Positions 1 to 11,674 of a stretch of DNA of 36,077 nucleotides are shown one piece after another. A program made the translations under genes and the position numbers. Numbering within the stretch: the first letter of the stretch is position 1; the number at the start of each line of letters is the position of its first letter. The stretch is taken from NCBI GenBank assembly GCA_964016885.1, contig CAXHJY010000364.1, positions 1-36,077 of the forward strand, in the 5' to 3' direction. Under the pieces are notes generated by a model, which did no database searches, had not been told where the DNA came from, and was given only the letters and a program-made list of their open reading frames with translations. Source of the stretch: Eledone cirrhosa (lineage: Eukaryota).

Positions 1-585
1 TCCTGGTCGGTGATGGGCACGAGTGTTTCGGCGAAGTCCAAGGCGGCAGTAAGTAGCGGTAAGGTGATAGAAGCATAGTAGCTCTCTATGTCGAACTGTA
101 TGAATTTAGTTTCTCGTTTATCCTCCATATTGCTGAACCAGGAGATTACTTCCTGGGTGTTGATCCATAGGCTAAGTCGGGTGTGTTGCTTGACTTTTGG
201 TATCACGCGGTCTAGGATTATTTTGCTGATTCTCCCTATGTCGGACTTCGTTGGGTTAATAAGCCTGATGGAGGGTTTACGGTCAAAATCGGATTTATGG
301 TCCTTCAGTGTGAAGTATGGTGTCCGTGGGTCTAGAGGTTCCGTGCGGTCGGCGACCCCGAGGCTGGAGGTGATTTGTTGTCCATCTCGATTTATGTCCT
401 CGATACAAGAGTGGTTGGCCTTTTTATAGGTGGAGTTTAGGCTGCTCCTGATCAGTGTGTGGTATCTGTCAGGGTTGACAAAGTATAGGTTCCCAGTTTT
501 ATCCGAATGCACCATGGTGTCATTTGTGTTATCATACTCTGTTAAGTTGCTACGGAGTTTTTGTAGGAATCGGTTGTGTCTGGGT

Positions 586-1848
586 TTTGACGACTCTAAA
601 TGGATAAAAAGAGCTCCCGACTCACCCTTCGACGTCAGCATGGGCGCCACGGATTCGGCGGAGGTCACTGATCTTATAGGATTATTCCTAATAGCCAAAC
701 TCACTGATATGTTTCCTGCATTCGGTGGTGGATTGTACCGTGATGATGGGCTCCTTACCCTTAAAGGGTACAACCCCAGTAGTACAGATCGGGTCCGGAA
801 ACAATTAATCAGATTCTTCCGCGACTGGGGATTTAAAATAACCCTACAAACGTCCCTGACCCGAGTAAACTTCCTGGACGTAACCCTCGACCTCGAAAAC
901 GACCTGTACTACCCATACAGGAAACCTAATGACAATCTGCACTACATCCACCGCCGATCAAACCATCCTAGGAACATCACAAACAACCTGGTCAAAAACA
1001 TCTCCCTCCGCATATCCCGTTTGTCAGCTAATGAGCGGATATTCGATGAACATGCGCCTTATTACAACCAGGCCCTCAAGCGGAGTGGTTTCCGGGAGGA
1101 AATATCCTACTGTCCAGATCCCATTAGCGGAACCAGCAGGAGACACCGCCGCTCACGCAATGTAACATGGTTCAATCCTCCCCACAACGCAGAGGTGACT
1201 ACTCCCATCGGGAAACTATTCTTTAGGCTCATTGAAAAACACTTCCCATTACAACACCGCTACCACAACATAATTAACAAAAATACCATCAAACTCTCTT
1301 ACAGCACTACACCAAACTTCGCACAAAACATCGTCTCCTCTAACAACAAAAAACTCAACCCCGATGGCAGAAATAACCTAATTAGCAGTGGAGAACCGAC
1401 CAGGAGGTGTAACTGCCCGGATAGATCTATTTGCCCACTCGACAATAGATGCAGAGACCGTAATGTGATCTACCAGTGCAACGTGAGGACGGATACCTCC
1501 AACAAAGCCTATATAGGACTTACCGCATGTGACTTCAAGACCCGGCTATACCAACATAGACATACCTTCCGAAACCCGGCCCGGCGTCACGCCACTACAC
1601 TTTCGGGCCACATATGGGACCTCAAGGACAACAACATCACCTATGATCTCACTTGGAGATTACTGTCCAGAGCCAATTCTTACACGGGAGGACGCCGTCC
1701 GTGCAATTTATGCTCGGAGGAAACTTTACAAATGCTGTTTTCGACGGACCAACTCCTAAACAAGAAAGATGAACTGGTTACTGCATGTAAACATAGATTG
1801 CGTAGGACTTACCTCGCCCTCAAACCCCATAATGACCCGGGGGGGTAG
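586..1848 (+). pseudogene. 5'-truncated PLE RT-GIY-YIG ORF (3' part of the 430..1848 ORF; the N-terminal part of that ORF is antisense junction read-through)
   Basis: FDVSMGA, GGLYRDDGL (RT catalytic motif), VNFLDVTLD, CNCPDRSICPLDNRC, VIY...YIG (GIY-YIG), CNLC; near-identical to the 8150-10303 protein. Confidence 0.9.
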
Positions 1849-2976
1849 ACTAGGGCTATAACACCCCAGTTGCCGATTTTGCAATAGGTAACCCCTGCTT
1901 GCCAAGGAAGACGTAAGATCTTCTTTGTATTCTTTTATCGCTTCCTTTATTTCCTTCCCCCCTCTCCCCTTTGTCCTTCTACCCCAGCTCTTCTCCTTTG
2001 TCGGCGTCTTTTCTCGCCCACCCGAGGCTGCCCTTTGGCCCCATGTAGCCTTAGTACCCCCACCCCCCCTCCCCTAGTCTTTGATAGATTTGGCGGACTC
2101 CGCCCTTTATAGCAGCTGGCTTAGACCCCGGATACTTTCCCCCTTTTTCCGACCGCTCCCACTATTCTCTGTGCCCTCTATATTTCTTAGTGGCACATGC
2201 CTTATTTTTTCGTTTCAGTATTTCTTGCTTCGCTCTTCTTCTGGGCGGGGTGGATTCTGAATTCATTTCTCCGTATTCTACCTTTATTTCGTACGAACTT
2301 TCATGTAGCTTGTTTTAGATCTTTTAGAGTTAGCATTAGTATATATTTTTCTCGGGACTCAGAATTATTATCTCGTACAAGTTCACTTTGCTGCACTGGG
2401 TCGTTGCTGGCCCGGGATGGAAACCTTTATTGTTTATTTCGTGGTAGTCTCTTTAGTATTTTGGCCCCTTTTGTTGACCCGTCACCGTATCATTTACGTA
2501 CTTATACCTCTTAAAAGGGTCCTTGCCTTATTCGTCCCACCTAGTTCTCTTACTTATTTCCTTATTTATTTATTCATTTATTTATTTTTTTACTTCTTTC
2601 TTTCTTTCTTTATTTTATTCTCGCCTAACAATAGCCTGACACCTAGGTCGTAGAATTTAATTTACTTTACTTTTCTTTACACTTATTTGCCTTTCTTCAC
2701 TCTCAGTATTTTTTTTTTTTTTTTTTTTTTTTTTCCTTTCCTATTTCTACCCCCCATTGTTCTACCTACCATTCCGACTTCCTCCCCCTCCCCCTCCCCT
2801 GTATCTTCTTTGACCTCATGCCCAGCTGTAGCTGGCACTACCAACGCTTGATTGGGTCTACTCCACCCCCTCCCCTCTTTCTCCTACTGGCAGGTTTAGC
2901 CACCATCTCCCCTACTAATTTGCAACCACAGAATTACTACTGATTTTTGACAATCACTTTGACCATATATGGAATT

Positions 2977-3070
2977 ACCCCTTGAGAAGATCGGCTATTT
3001 AAATACCAGGATAAATTTTCATTTAGTCCAGAATTAGCCGTCGAAACGGCTTGAGCTCAGCTGTCGGGGT
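2977..3070 (+). ncRNA. Type I hammerhead ribozyme, U3-A8 core variant (PLE A)
   Basis: Stem I ACCCC/GGGGT; core TTGAGAA; stem II GA(T)CGGCTA/TAGCCGTC; GAAA; stem III ACGGC/GCTGT with palindromic TGAGCTCA loop; GTC cleavage after 3065. Confidence 0.85.
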
Positions 3071-3161
3071 CTTACTGGTTCCTATTACCCACTCTACTAC
3101 CTCAAGTATTGAGTACTTTGGTGCGTTATGGTCCACCTGGTTCCTTACCACATTTCCTTCG

Positions 3162-3166
<5 letters not shown>

Positions 3167-3242
<76 letters not shown>
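3167..3242. repeat. (TA)n microsatellite
   Basis: Pure TA run between the PLE A 3' end and retrozyme family 1. Confidence 0.95.
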
Positions 3243-3248
<6 letters not shown>

Positions 3249-3397
3249 CAGGTACACATACATATATGCACGCATCAGTTTAGCGGACGCTTATTATAAC
3301 GCCGCTTTGTTCGTTTGTCAACAAACTGAACAGCCTGAATTTATGCCATACGTTGTTAAGGCAACCACGTCACGTTTTTGTTCAACACTGACACAGG

Positions 3398-3442
3398 AAC
3401 GATGTACTAGTTTCAAGCTTGTTAGCTATCATCAGCACCGTT
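3398..3442 (-). ncRNA. Type I hammerhead ribozyme (retrozyme family 1, inverted copy)
   Basis: Reverse complement of the motif at 3853-3897. Confidence 0.88.
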
Positions 3443-3770
3443 TACCCATCTGCCAGATAGTTGAACGTTCGAAAGTATATACTTTCCTTATGAAAATTAA
3501 CGGCTGAGCAGCCTAATTTGCATATTGAGTGAGTTAAATCGGTCAGGCATACCGAAAACGATCAGTTGAAAAAAACGAAAACGAAATTTCATTTCTCATA
3601 TATGCATATATATATGCATGCTACTGTACGTCTGTATACATATATGTATGTACGTATACATACATACTTACATTTAAGTAAGTGCCATACTAAGAGTGAG
3701 AAATGAAATTTCGTTTTCATTTTTTTCAACTTATCGTTTTCGGTATGCCTGACCGATTTAACTCACTCAA

Positions 3771-3820
3771 TATGCAAATTAGGCTGCTCAGCCGTTAATT
3801 TTTATAAGGAAAGTATATAC
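3771..3820 (+). promoter_or_regulatory. Putative snRNA-type promoter module (octamer ATGCAAAT, PSE-like block, TATA); also at 4249-4298 (+) and ~3475-3524 (-)
   Basis: TATGCAAATTAGGCTGCTCAGCCGTTAATTTT(T/C)ATAAGGAAAGTATATA; conserved in the diverged family 2. Promoter function is inferred. Confidence 0.5.
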
Positions 3821-3852
3821 TTTCGAACGTTCAACTATCTGGCAGATGGGTA

Positions 3853-3897
3853 AACGGTGCTGATGATAGCTAACAAGCTTGAAACTAGTACATCGTT
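3853..3897 (+). ncRNA. Minimal type I hammerhead ribozyme (retrozyme family 1)
   Basis: AACGGTG-CTGATGA-TAGCT AACA AGCTT-GAAA-CTAGT-A-CATCGTT: canonical core, palindromic ACTAGT stem III, GTA cleavage triplet. Confidence 0.9.
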
Positions 3898-4046
3898 CCT
3901 GTGTCAGTGTTGAACAAAAAGGTGACGTGGTTGCCTTAACACCGTATGGCATAAATTCAGGCTGTTCAGTTTGTTGACAAAAGAACAAAGCGGCGTTATA
4001 ATAAGCGTCCGCTAAACTGATGCGTGCATATATGTATGTGTACCTG

Positions 4047-4096
<50 letters not shown>

Positions 4097-4330
4097 TGCT
4101 ACTGTACGTCTGTATACATATATGTATGTACGTATACATACATACTTACATTTAAGTAAGTGCCATACTAAGAGTGAGAAATGAAATTTCGTTTTCATTT
4201 TTTTCAGCTTATCGTTTTCGGTATGCCTGACCGATTTAACTCACTCAATATGCAAATTAGGCTGCTCAGCCGTTAATTTTCATAAGGAAAGTATATACTT
4301 TCGAACGTTCAACTATCTGGCAGATGGGTA

Positions 4331-4375
4331 AACGGTGCTGATGATAGCTAACAAGCTTGAAACTAGTACATCGTT
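4331..4375 (+). ncRNA. Minimal type I hammerhead ribozyme (retrozyme family 1, second unit)
   Basis: Identical to 3853-3897. Confidence 0.9.
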
Positions 4376-4523
4376 CCTGTGTCAGTGTTGAACAAAAAGG
4401 TGACGTGGTTGCCTTAACACCGTATGGCATAAATTCAGCTGTTCAGTTTATTGACAAACGAACAAAGCGGCGTTATAATAAGCGTCCGCTAAACTGATGC
4501 GTGCATATATGTATGTGTACCTG

Positions 4524-4573
<50 letters not shown>

Positions 4574-4630
4574 TGCTACTGTACGTCTGTATACATATAT
4601 GTATGTACGTATACATACATACTTACATTT

Positions 4631-4691
<61 letters not shown>

Positions 4692-4798
4692 CATATACAT
4701 ATATATATACATATATATACATATATATATATATATACATATATATATACATATATATATACATATATATATACATATACATATATATACATATATAT

Positions 4799-5436
4799 AC
4801 GGCTCAGAAATACTCTTTCTTTCTTCGAGCTAGTTCATTGTAAATGATCGCCTGAGATTTGAACTCATTATTATTGATTTTTCACTGCTCCTTCGTTTAG
4901 CTGATTTTAGTCCCATACAAACGGCTGTTATTTCTAGCTGCACGAGTATGAGGCTAGCTAGACACTGGATAACCGCATGACGTTACCTCGTGCGCTAAAC
5001 AGTATTCCTAAATATTTTGAAGTGGAACATATCAATTTTTATAGTGCTTGCTGAGGAGATCAAAATGCGGTATTTTCTTCCACTTTTTCATTATTCGAAA
5101 CATATTTGGATTTTAAGGTTTAAACCTGTCCACGGAACAGGTTTGATTTTGAAATTTAAATTTGTCCAAGCACTACGGCCATTGCCAGTACAATTTGTTT
5201 TTGTTGATTTATGATGTATTATCTTAAGTCATGATAGGCAAACTGTAATATTATTATTAGTATATTTCTATCTAGGTAACTTGGTCATTTACAATACAAA
5301 CATAAATATGAGGATATTTGTGTTTATCAAATATATTGATTTGTGTTAACCTATATTCACGGCTCAGAAATACTCTTTCTTTCTTCGAGCTATTTCATTG
5401 TAAATGATCGCCTGAGATTTGAACTCATTATTATTG

Positions 5437-5442
<6 letters not shown>
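4799..5442. mobile_element. Non-coding ~560-bp unit with ~84-bp terminal direct repeats, flanked by (TA)n; probable non-autonomous PLE-type element
   Basis: ACGGCTCAGAAATACTC...TTATTGATTTTT at 4799-4882 and 5359-5442; no credible ORF. Confidence 0.6.
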
Positions 5443-5473
<31 letters not shown>

Positions 5474-5502
5474 TATATACATATACATATATATATACAT
5501 AT

Positions 5503-6630
5503 ACTCTTTTACTCTTTTACTCTATTACCTGTTTCAGCCATCCGGCTGAGGCCATGCTGGGTCACCGCCCTTGTTGCTACACATATTATCTCCAGCCTGT
5601 ATAGGTTGGCCACTGGTGTAGGAGGGAGTTTGTTGCTGCTGCCCTTAGGTTTCCCTCGTGTCTTGCTGTGGGCTCATCCGGGATCCTGGATAACAAGGTG
5701 TCGAGATGTTTCTTAAAGACATCCACCTCCACGTCATGCAAGTCTCTCAGATGCCTCGGCAGCCTGTTGAAGAGTTGAGGGCCCTTGAATCCCAGGCTAT
5801 TGCAATACCTGCTCCTTATTCTAGATGTGGAAGACGGGACCTTTGGCACCACACAGTGACGTCCTGTTCGACGGTTGGTCCAGCTCCTAATGCCAAAGTT
5901 TGGTGCTAGTCCCTCCAGGATTTTCCACATGTAGATCACTGCGTATCTCTCCCGTCTTCGCTCCAAGGAGTAGAGGTTCAGTTCCTTCAGCCTCTCCCAG
6001 TAGCTTGTCTCCCTCATCTTGGCAATCCTCTTGGTGTAGCTTCGCTGGATTGCCTCAAGCTCCGTGGTTAGTTTGACACTATGGGGTGACCACAACTGGG
6101 AGCAGTAGTCCAGGCGGCTTAGGACAAAAGTCCTCCACAGTGTCAACATGGTGTCTCGATCTCTTGTCCGGAAAGTCCTCAAGATCCAGCCAGCGAATCG
6201 TCTACATGTTGTCGCCACCTTCATGATGTGTGAAGAAAAAGATGCATCATCGCTCATGTCTATGCCCAGGTCTCGTATCGATTTTGACACGGGGATATCG
6301 GTCCCTCCTGGTCCTGTGTAGCTGTGTTCCACTATATTTGTGTTTGCAGGTTTGTACTGTAGGGCTTGGAATTTGCCAGCATTAAACTGCATGTTGTTTT
6401 CTTCCTCCCATCTGTATATGGCATCCAGATCCTGCTGTAAAAGGGCAGCGTCAGCCGGGTTTTTGATTGCCTGTGCTATCTTAGTGTCATCAGCATAGCT
6501 AGTGAGGGATGTTGTTGCATGCACCACAGAGGGCATGTCCGAGAGAGCCACCAAAAACAGTAGTGGTCCCAGGACTGTCCCCTGGGGCACCCCACTTGTT
6601 ATCGGTGTTTCCCTCGAGAGGGCCCCATTT
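5503..6630 (-). mobile_element. 5'-truncated CR1-type LINE (RT C-terminal half, stop at 5586, 3' UTR and GTAAAAGA tail repeats)
   Basis: [43 protein letters not shown]; tail GGCGGTGACCCAGCATGGCC...GAAACAGGTAATAGAGTAAAAGAGTAAAAGAGT; 5' end abuts (TA)n. Confidence 0.92.
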
Positions 6631-6949
<319 letters not shown>

Positions 6950-6959
6950 AACCAGTAAG

Positions 6960-7053
6960 ACCCCGACAGCTGAGCTCAAGCCGTTTCGACGGCTAATTCT
7001 GGACTAAATGAACATTTATCCTGGTATTTAAATAGCCGATCTTCTCAAGGGGT
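6960..7053 (-). ncRNA. Type I hammerhead ribozyme, U3-A8 variant (PLE B 3' pLTR)
   Basis: Reverse complement of 2977-3070, one loop substitution. Confidence 0.85.
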
Positions 7054-8149
7054 AATTCCATATATGGTCAAAGTGATTGTCAAAAATCAGTAGTAATTCT
7101 GTGGTTGCAAATTAGTAGGGGAGATGGTGGCTAAACCTGCCAGTAGGAGAAAGAGGGGAGGGGGTGGAGTAGACCCAATCAAGCGTTGGTAGTGCCAGCT
7201 ACAGCTGGGCATGAGGTCAAAGAAGATACAGGGGAGGGGGAGGGGGAGGAAGTCGGAACGGTAGGTAGAACAATGGGGGGTAAAAATAGGAAAGAAAAAA
7301 TACTGAGAGTGAAGAAAAGCAAATAAGTGTAAAGAAAAAATTAAATTCTACGACCTAGGTGTCAGGCTATTGTTAGGCGAGAATAAAATAAAGAAAGAAA
7401 GAAAGAAGTAAATAAATAAATAAATAAATAAATAAGGAAATAAGTAAAAGAACTAGGTGGGACGAATTAGGCAAGGACCCTTTTAAGAGGTATAAGTACG
7501 TAAATGATACGGTGACTGGTCAACAAAAGGGGCCAAAATACTAAAGAGACTACCACGAAATAAACAATAAAGGTTTCCATCCCGGGCCAGCAACGACCCA
7601 GTGCAGCAAAGTGAACTTGTACGACATAATAATTCTGAGTCCCGGGAAAATATAACTAATGCTAACTCTAAAAGATCTAAAACAAGCTACATGAAAGTTC
7701 GTACGAAATAAAGGTAGAATACGGAGAAATAAGTTCAGAATCCACCCCGCCCAGAAGAAAAGCGAAGCAAGAAATACTGAAACGAAAAAATAAGGCATAA
7801 GTGCCACTAAGAAATATAGAGGGCACAGAGAATAGTGGGAGCGGTCGGAAAAGGGGGGCAAGTATCCGGGGTCTAAGCCAACTGCTATAAAGGGCGGAGT
7901 CCGCCAAATCTATCAAAGACTAGGGGAGGGGGGAGTGGGGGTACTAAGGCTACATGGGGCCAAAGGGCAGCCTCGGGTGGGCGAGAAAAGACGCCGACAA
8001 AGGAGAAGAGCTGGGGTAGAAGGACAAAGGAGAGAGGGGGGAAGGAAATAAAGGATGCGATAAAAGAATACAAAGAAGATCTTACGTCTTCCTTGGCAAG
8101 CAGGGGTTACCCATTGCAAAATCGGCAACTGGGGTGTTATAGCCCTAGT

Positions 8150-10303
8150 CTACCCCCCCGGGTCATTATGGGGTTTGAGGGCGAGGTAAGTCCTACGCAA
8201 TCTATGTTTACATGCAGTAACCAGTTCATCTTTCTTGTTTAGGAGTTGGTCCGTCGAAAACAGCATTTGTAAAGTTTCCTCCGAGCATAAATTGCACGGA
8301 CGGCGTCCTCCCGTGTAAGAATTGGCTCTGGACAGTAATCTCCAAGTGAGATCATAGGTGATGTTGTTGTCCTTGAGGTCCCATATGTGGCCCGAAAGTG
8401 TAGTGGCGTGACGCCGGGCCGGGTTTCGGAAGGTATGTCTATGTTGGTATAGCCGGGTCTTGAAGTCACATGCGGTAAGTCCTATATAGGCTTTGTTGGA
8501 GGTATCCGTCCTCACGTTGCACTGGTAGATCACATTACGGTCTCTGCATCTATTGTCGAGTGGGCAAATAGATCTATCCGGGCAGTTACACCTCCTGGTC
8601 GGTTCTCCACTGCTATTTAGGTTATTTCTGCCATCGGGATTGAGTTTTTTGTTGTTAGAGGAGACGATGTTTTGTGCGAAGTTTGGTGTAGTGCTGTAAG
8701 AGAGTTTGATGGTATTTTTGTTAATTATGTTGTGGTAGCGGTGTTGTAATGGGAAGTGTTTTTCAATGAGCCTAAAGAATAGTTTCCCGATGGGAGTAGT
8801 CACCTCTGCGTTGTGGGGAGGATTGAACCATGTTACATTGCGTGAGCGGCGGTGTCTCCTGCTGGTTCCGCTAATGGGATCTGGACAGTAGGATATTTCC
8901 TCCCGGAAACCACTCCGCTTGAGGGCCTGGTTGTAATAAGGCGCATGTTCATCGAATATCCGCTCATTAGCTGACAAACGGGATATGCGGAGGGAGATGT
9001 TTTTGACCAGGTTGTTTGTGATGTTCCTAGGATGGTTTGATCGGCGGTGGATGTAGTGCAGATTGTCATTAGGTTTCCTGTATGGGTAGTACAGGTCGTT
9101 TTCGAGGTCGAGGGTTACGTCCAGGAAGTTTACTCGGGTCAGGGACGTTTGTAGGGTTATTTTAAATCCCCAGTCGCGGAAGAATCTGATTAATTGTTTC
9201 CGGACCCGATCTGTACTACTGGGGTTGTACCCTTTAAGGGTAAGGAGCCCATCATCACGGTACAATCCACCACCGAATGCAGGAAACATATCAGTGAGTT
9301 TGGCTATTAGGAATAATCCTATAAGATCAGTGACCTCCGCCGAATCCGTGGCGCCCATGCTGACGTCGAAGGGTGAGTCGGGAGCTCTTTTTATCCATTT
9401 AGAGTCGTCAAAGAGTAAGACTGTCTTCCTGGCGTGGAGGATGATTTTTCTTTCCTGGTCGGTGATGGGCACGAGTGTTTCGGCGAAGTCCAAGGCGGCA
9501 GTAAGTAGCGGTAAGGTGATTGAAGCATAGTAGCTCTCTATGTCGAACTGTATGAATTTAGTTTCTCGTTTATCCTCCATATTGCTGAACCAGGAGATTA
9601 CTTCCTGGGTGTAGATCCATAGGCTAAGTCGGGTGTGTTGCTTGACTTTTGGTATCACGCGGTCTAGGATTTTTTTGCTGATTCTCCCTATGTCGGACTT
9701 CGTTGGGTTAATAAGCCTGATGGAGGGTTTACGGTCAAAATCGGATTTATGGTCCTTCAGTGTGAAGTATGGTGTCCGTGGGTCTAGAGGTTCCGTGCGG
9801 TCGGCGACCCCGAGGCTGGAGGTGATTTGTTGTCCATCTCGATTTATGTCCTCGATGCAAGAGTGGTTGGCCTTTTTATAGGTGGAGTTTAGGCTGCTCC
9901 TGATCAGTGTGTGGTATCTGTCAGGGTTGACAAAGTATAGGTTCCCAGTTTTATCCGAATGCACCATGATGTCATTTGTGTTATCATACTCTGTTAAGTT
10001 GCTACGGAGTTTTTGTAGGAATCGGTTGTGTCTGGGTTTAAATTTAATGTTCTTGACCAGTTGGAAGAGGTCATTCTCGAAGGGTGCGAGCAAGGGGTTC
10101 AGGGGCGGAGATTTGTAGGTAATAAATCCGAATCTCTCCTTGGTGCCGAAGTCTTGGTTGTCGCAATATCTGTCATAGAAAAAAGTTCTCCATCTAAGTC
10201 TTTTCGCAAATAGATCAATTTTTTGCGTGAGCATCCGAAGGTAAAGTTTTTTCGGTGGGATTGGGATGTTCTTGGTAGAGAAGTCAATGTTGTGTTTTCG
10301 CAT
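8150..10303 (-). CDS. PLE reverse transcriptase-GIY-YIG endonuclease polyprotein, 717 aa from ATG 10303 (Naiad-like)
   Basis: Uninterrupted ORF: STKNIP, RLRWR, SDKTG, IRLINP, IQFDIESYY, SMGA, YRDD, CxCx5Cx5C linker, GIY-YIG, CNLC, CKH. The track's TTG start at 10450 lies in the tail/UTR. Confidence 0.93.
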   Translation of the reverse strand: MRKHNIDFSTKNIPIPPKKLYLRMLTQKIDLFAKRLRWRTFFYDRYCDNQDFGTKERFGFITYKSPPLNPLLAPFENDLFQLVKNIKFKPRHNRFLQKLRSNLTEYDNTNDIMVHSDKTGNLYFVNPDRYHTLIRSSLNSTYKKANHSCIEDINRDGQQITSSLGVADRTEPLDPRTPYFTLKDHKSDFDRKPSIRLINPTKSDIGRISKKILDRVIPKVKQHTRLSLWIYTQEVISWFSNMEDKRETKFIQFDIESYYASITLPLLTAALDFAETLVPITDQERKIILHARKTVLLFDDSKWIKRAPDSPFDVSMGATDSAEVTDLIGLFLIAKLTDMFPAFGGGLYRDDGLLTLKGYNPSSTDRVRKQLIRFFRDWGFKITLQTSLTRVNFLDVTLDLENDLYYPYRKPNDNLHYIHRRSNHPRNITNNLVKNISLRISRLSANERIFDEHAPYYNQALKRSGFREEISYCPDPISGTSRRHRRSRNVTWFNPPHNAEVTTPIGKLFFRLIEKHFPLQHRYHNIINKNTIKLSYSTTPNFAQNIVSSNNKKLNPDGRNNLNSSGEPTRRCNCPDRSICPLDNRCRDRNVIYQCNVRTDTSNKAYIGLTACDFKTRLYQHRHTFRNPARRHATTLSGHIWDLKDNNITYDLTWRLLSRANSYTGGRRPCNLCSEETLQMLFSTDQLLNKKDELVTACKHRLRRTYLALKPHNDPGG

Positions 10304-10488
10304 GGTGCGGGTGAAATGAATTGAGCTTAGCGGAAAAGTCTGGATACGGCGTGGTAGGGTCGGAAAGTGCTCTACTACGGGAGTAGGAGCTAGATAACGA
10401 AGGAAATGTGGTAAGGAACCAGGTGGACCATAACGCACCAAAGTACTCAATACTTGAGGTAGTAGAGTGGGTAATAGGAACCAGTAAG

Positions 10489-10582
10489 ACCCCGACAGCT
10501 GAGCTCAAGCCGTTTCGACGGCTAATTCTGGACTAAATGAACATTTATCCTGGTATTTAAATAGCCGATCTTCTCAAGGGGT
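10489..10582 (-). ncRNA. Type I hammerhead ribozyme, U3-A8 variant (PLE B 5' pLTR)
   Basis: Same as 6960-7053; cleavage site ~190 nt upstream of the ATG. Confidence 0.85.
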
Positions 10583-11525
10583 AATTCCATATATGGTCAA
10601 AGTGATTGTCAAAAATCAGTAGTAATTCTGTGGTTGCAAATTAGTAGGGGAGATGGTGGCTAAACCTGCCAGTAGGAGAAAGAGGGGAGGGGGTGGAGTA
10701 GACCCAATCAAGCGTTGGTAGTGCCAGCTACAGCTGGGCATGAGGTCAAAGAAGATACAGGGGAGGGGGAGGGGGAGGAAGTCGGAACGGTAGGTAGAAC
10801 AATGGGGGGTAAAAATAGGAAAGAAAAAATACTGAGAGTGAAGAAAAGCAAATAAGTGTAAAGAAAAAATTAAATTCTACGACCTAGGTGTCAGGCTATT
10901 GTTAGGCGAGAATAAAATAAAGAAAGAAAGAAAGAAGTAAATAAATAAATAAATAAATAAATAAGGAAATAAGTAAAAGAACTAGGTGGGACGAATTAGG
11001 CAAGGACCCTTTTAAGAGGTATAAGTACGTAAATGATACGGTGACTGGTCAACAAAAGGGGCCAAAATACTAAAGAGACTACCACGAAATAAACAATAAA
11101 GGTTTCCATCCCGGGCCAGCAACGACCCAGTGCAGCAAAGTGAACTTGTACGACATAATAATTCTGAGTCCCGGGAAAATATAACTAATGCTAACTCTAA
11201 AAGATCTAAAACAAGCTACATGAAAGTTCGTACGAAATAAAGGTAGAATACGGAGAAATAAGTTCAGAATCCACCCCGCCCAGAAGAAAAGCGAAGCAAG
11301 AAATACTGAAACGAAAAAATAAGGCATAAGTGCCACTAAGAAATATAGAGGGCACAGAGAATAGTGGGAGCGGTCGGAAAAGGGGGGCAAGTATCCGGGG
11401 TCTAAGCCAACTGCTATAAAGGGCGGAGTCCGCCAAATCTATCAAAGACTAGGGGAGGGGGGAGTGGGGGTATTGAGTACTTTGGTGCGTTATGGTCCAC
11501 CTGGTTCCTTACCACATTTCCTTCG

Positions 11526-11586
<61 letters not shown>

Positions 11587-11623
11587 TATACATATATATA
11601 TATTTATTAAAATAACAGATTAA

Positions 11624-11674
11624 AGTTTAAGCAAAGAATCGCTGCTTTCACCCTTAACGGGATCTTCTGAAACT
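11624..11674 (-). ncRNA. Hammerhead-like motif, variant core CAGAAGA (PLE C)
   Basis: Reverse complement of 14753-14803. Confidence 0.6.

Larger units (their letters stand above)
1..3166 (+). mobile_element. Penelope-like element copy A (Naiad-like), 5'-inverted: antisense segment 1-587 joined to sense segment 586-3166; left end outside the window
   Basis: 1-587 matches 9453-10039 in the same orientation. From 586 the sequence is the reverse complement of 9412 downward. It ends ...CCTTCGTTAT followed by (TA)n. Confidence 0.92.
3243..4631 (+). mobile_element. Retrozyme-like family 1: ~478-bp non-coding HHR monomer, about 2.1 tandem copies (3599-4631, +) preceded by an inverted partial copy (3243-3598, -)
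   Basis: GCATGCTACTGTACG recurs at 3616, 4094 and 4571; 3243-3598 is the reverse complement of ~3697-4052; each unit carries an HHR. Confidence 0.85.

Noticed and set aside
430-585. Novel hydrophobic N-terminus on the 472-aa ORF
   Set aside because: It is the antisense strand of the same RT gene fused in frame by the inversion.
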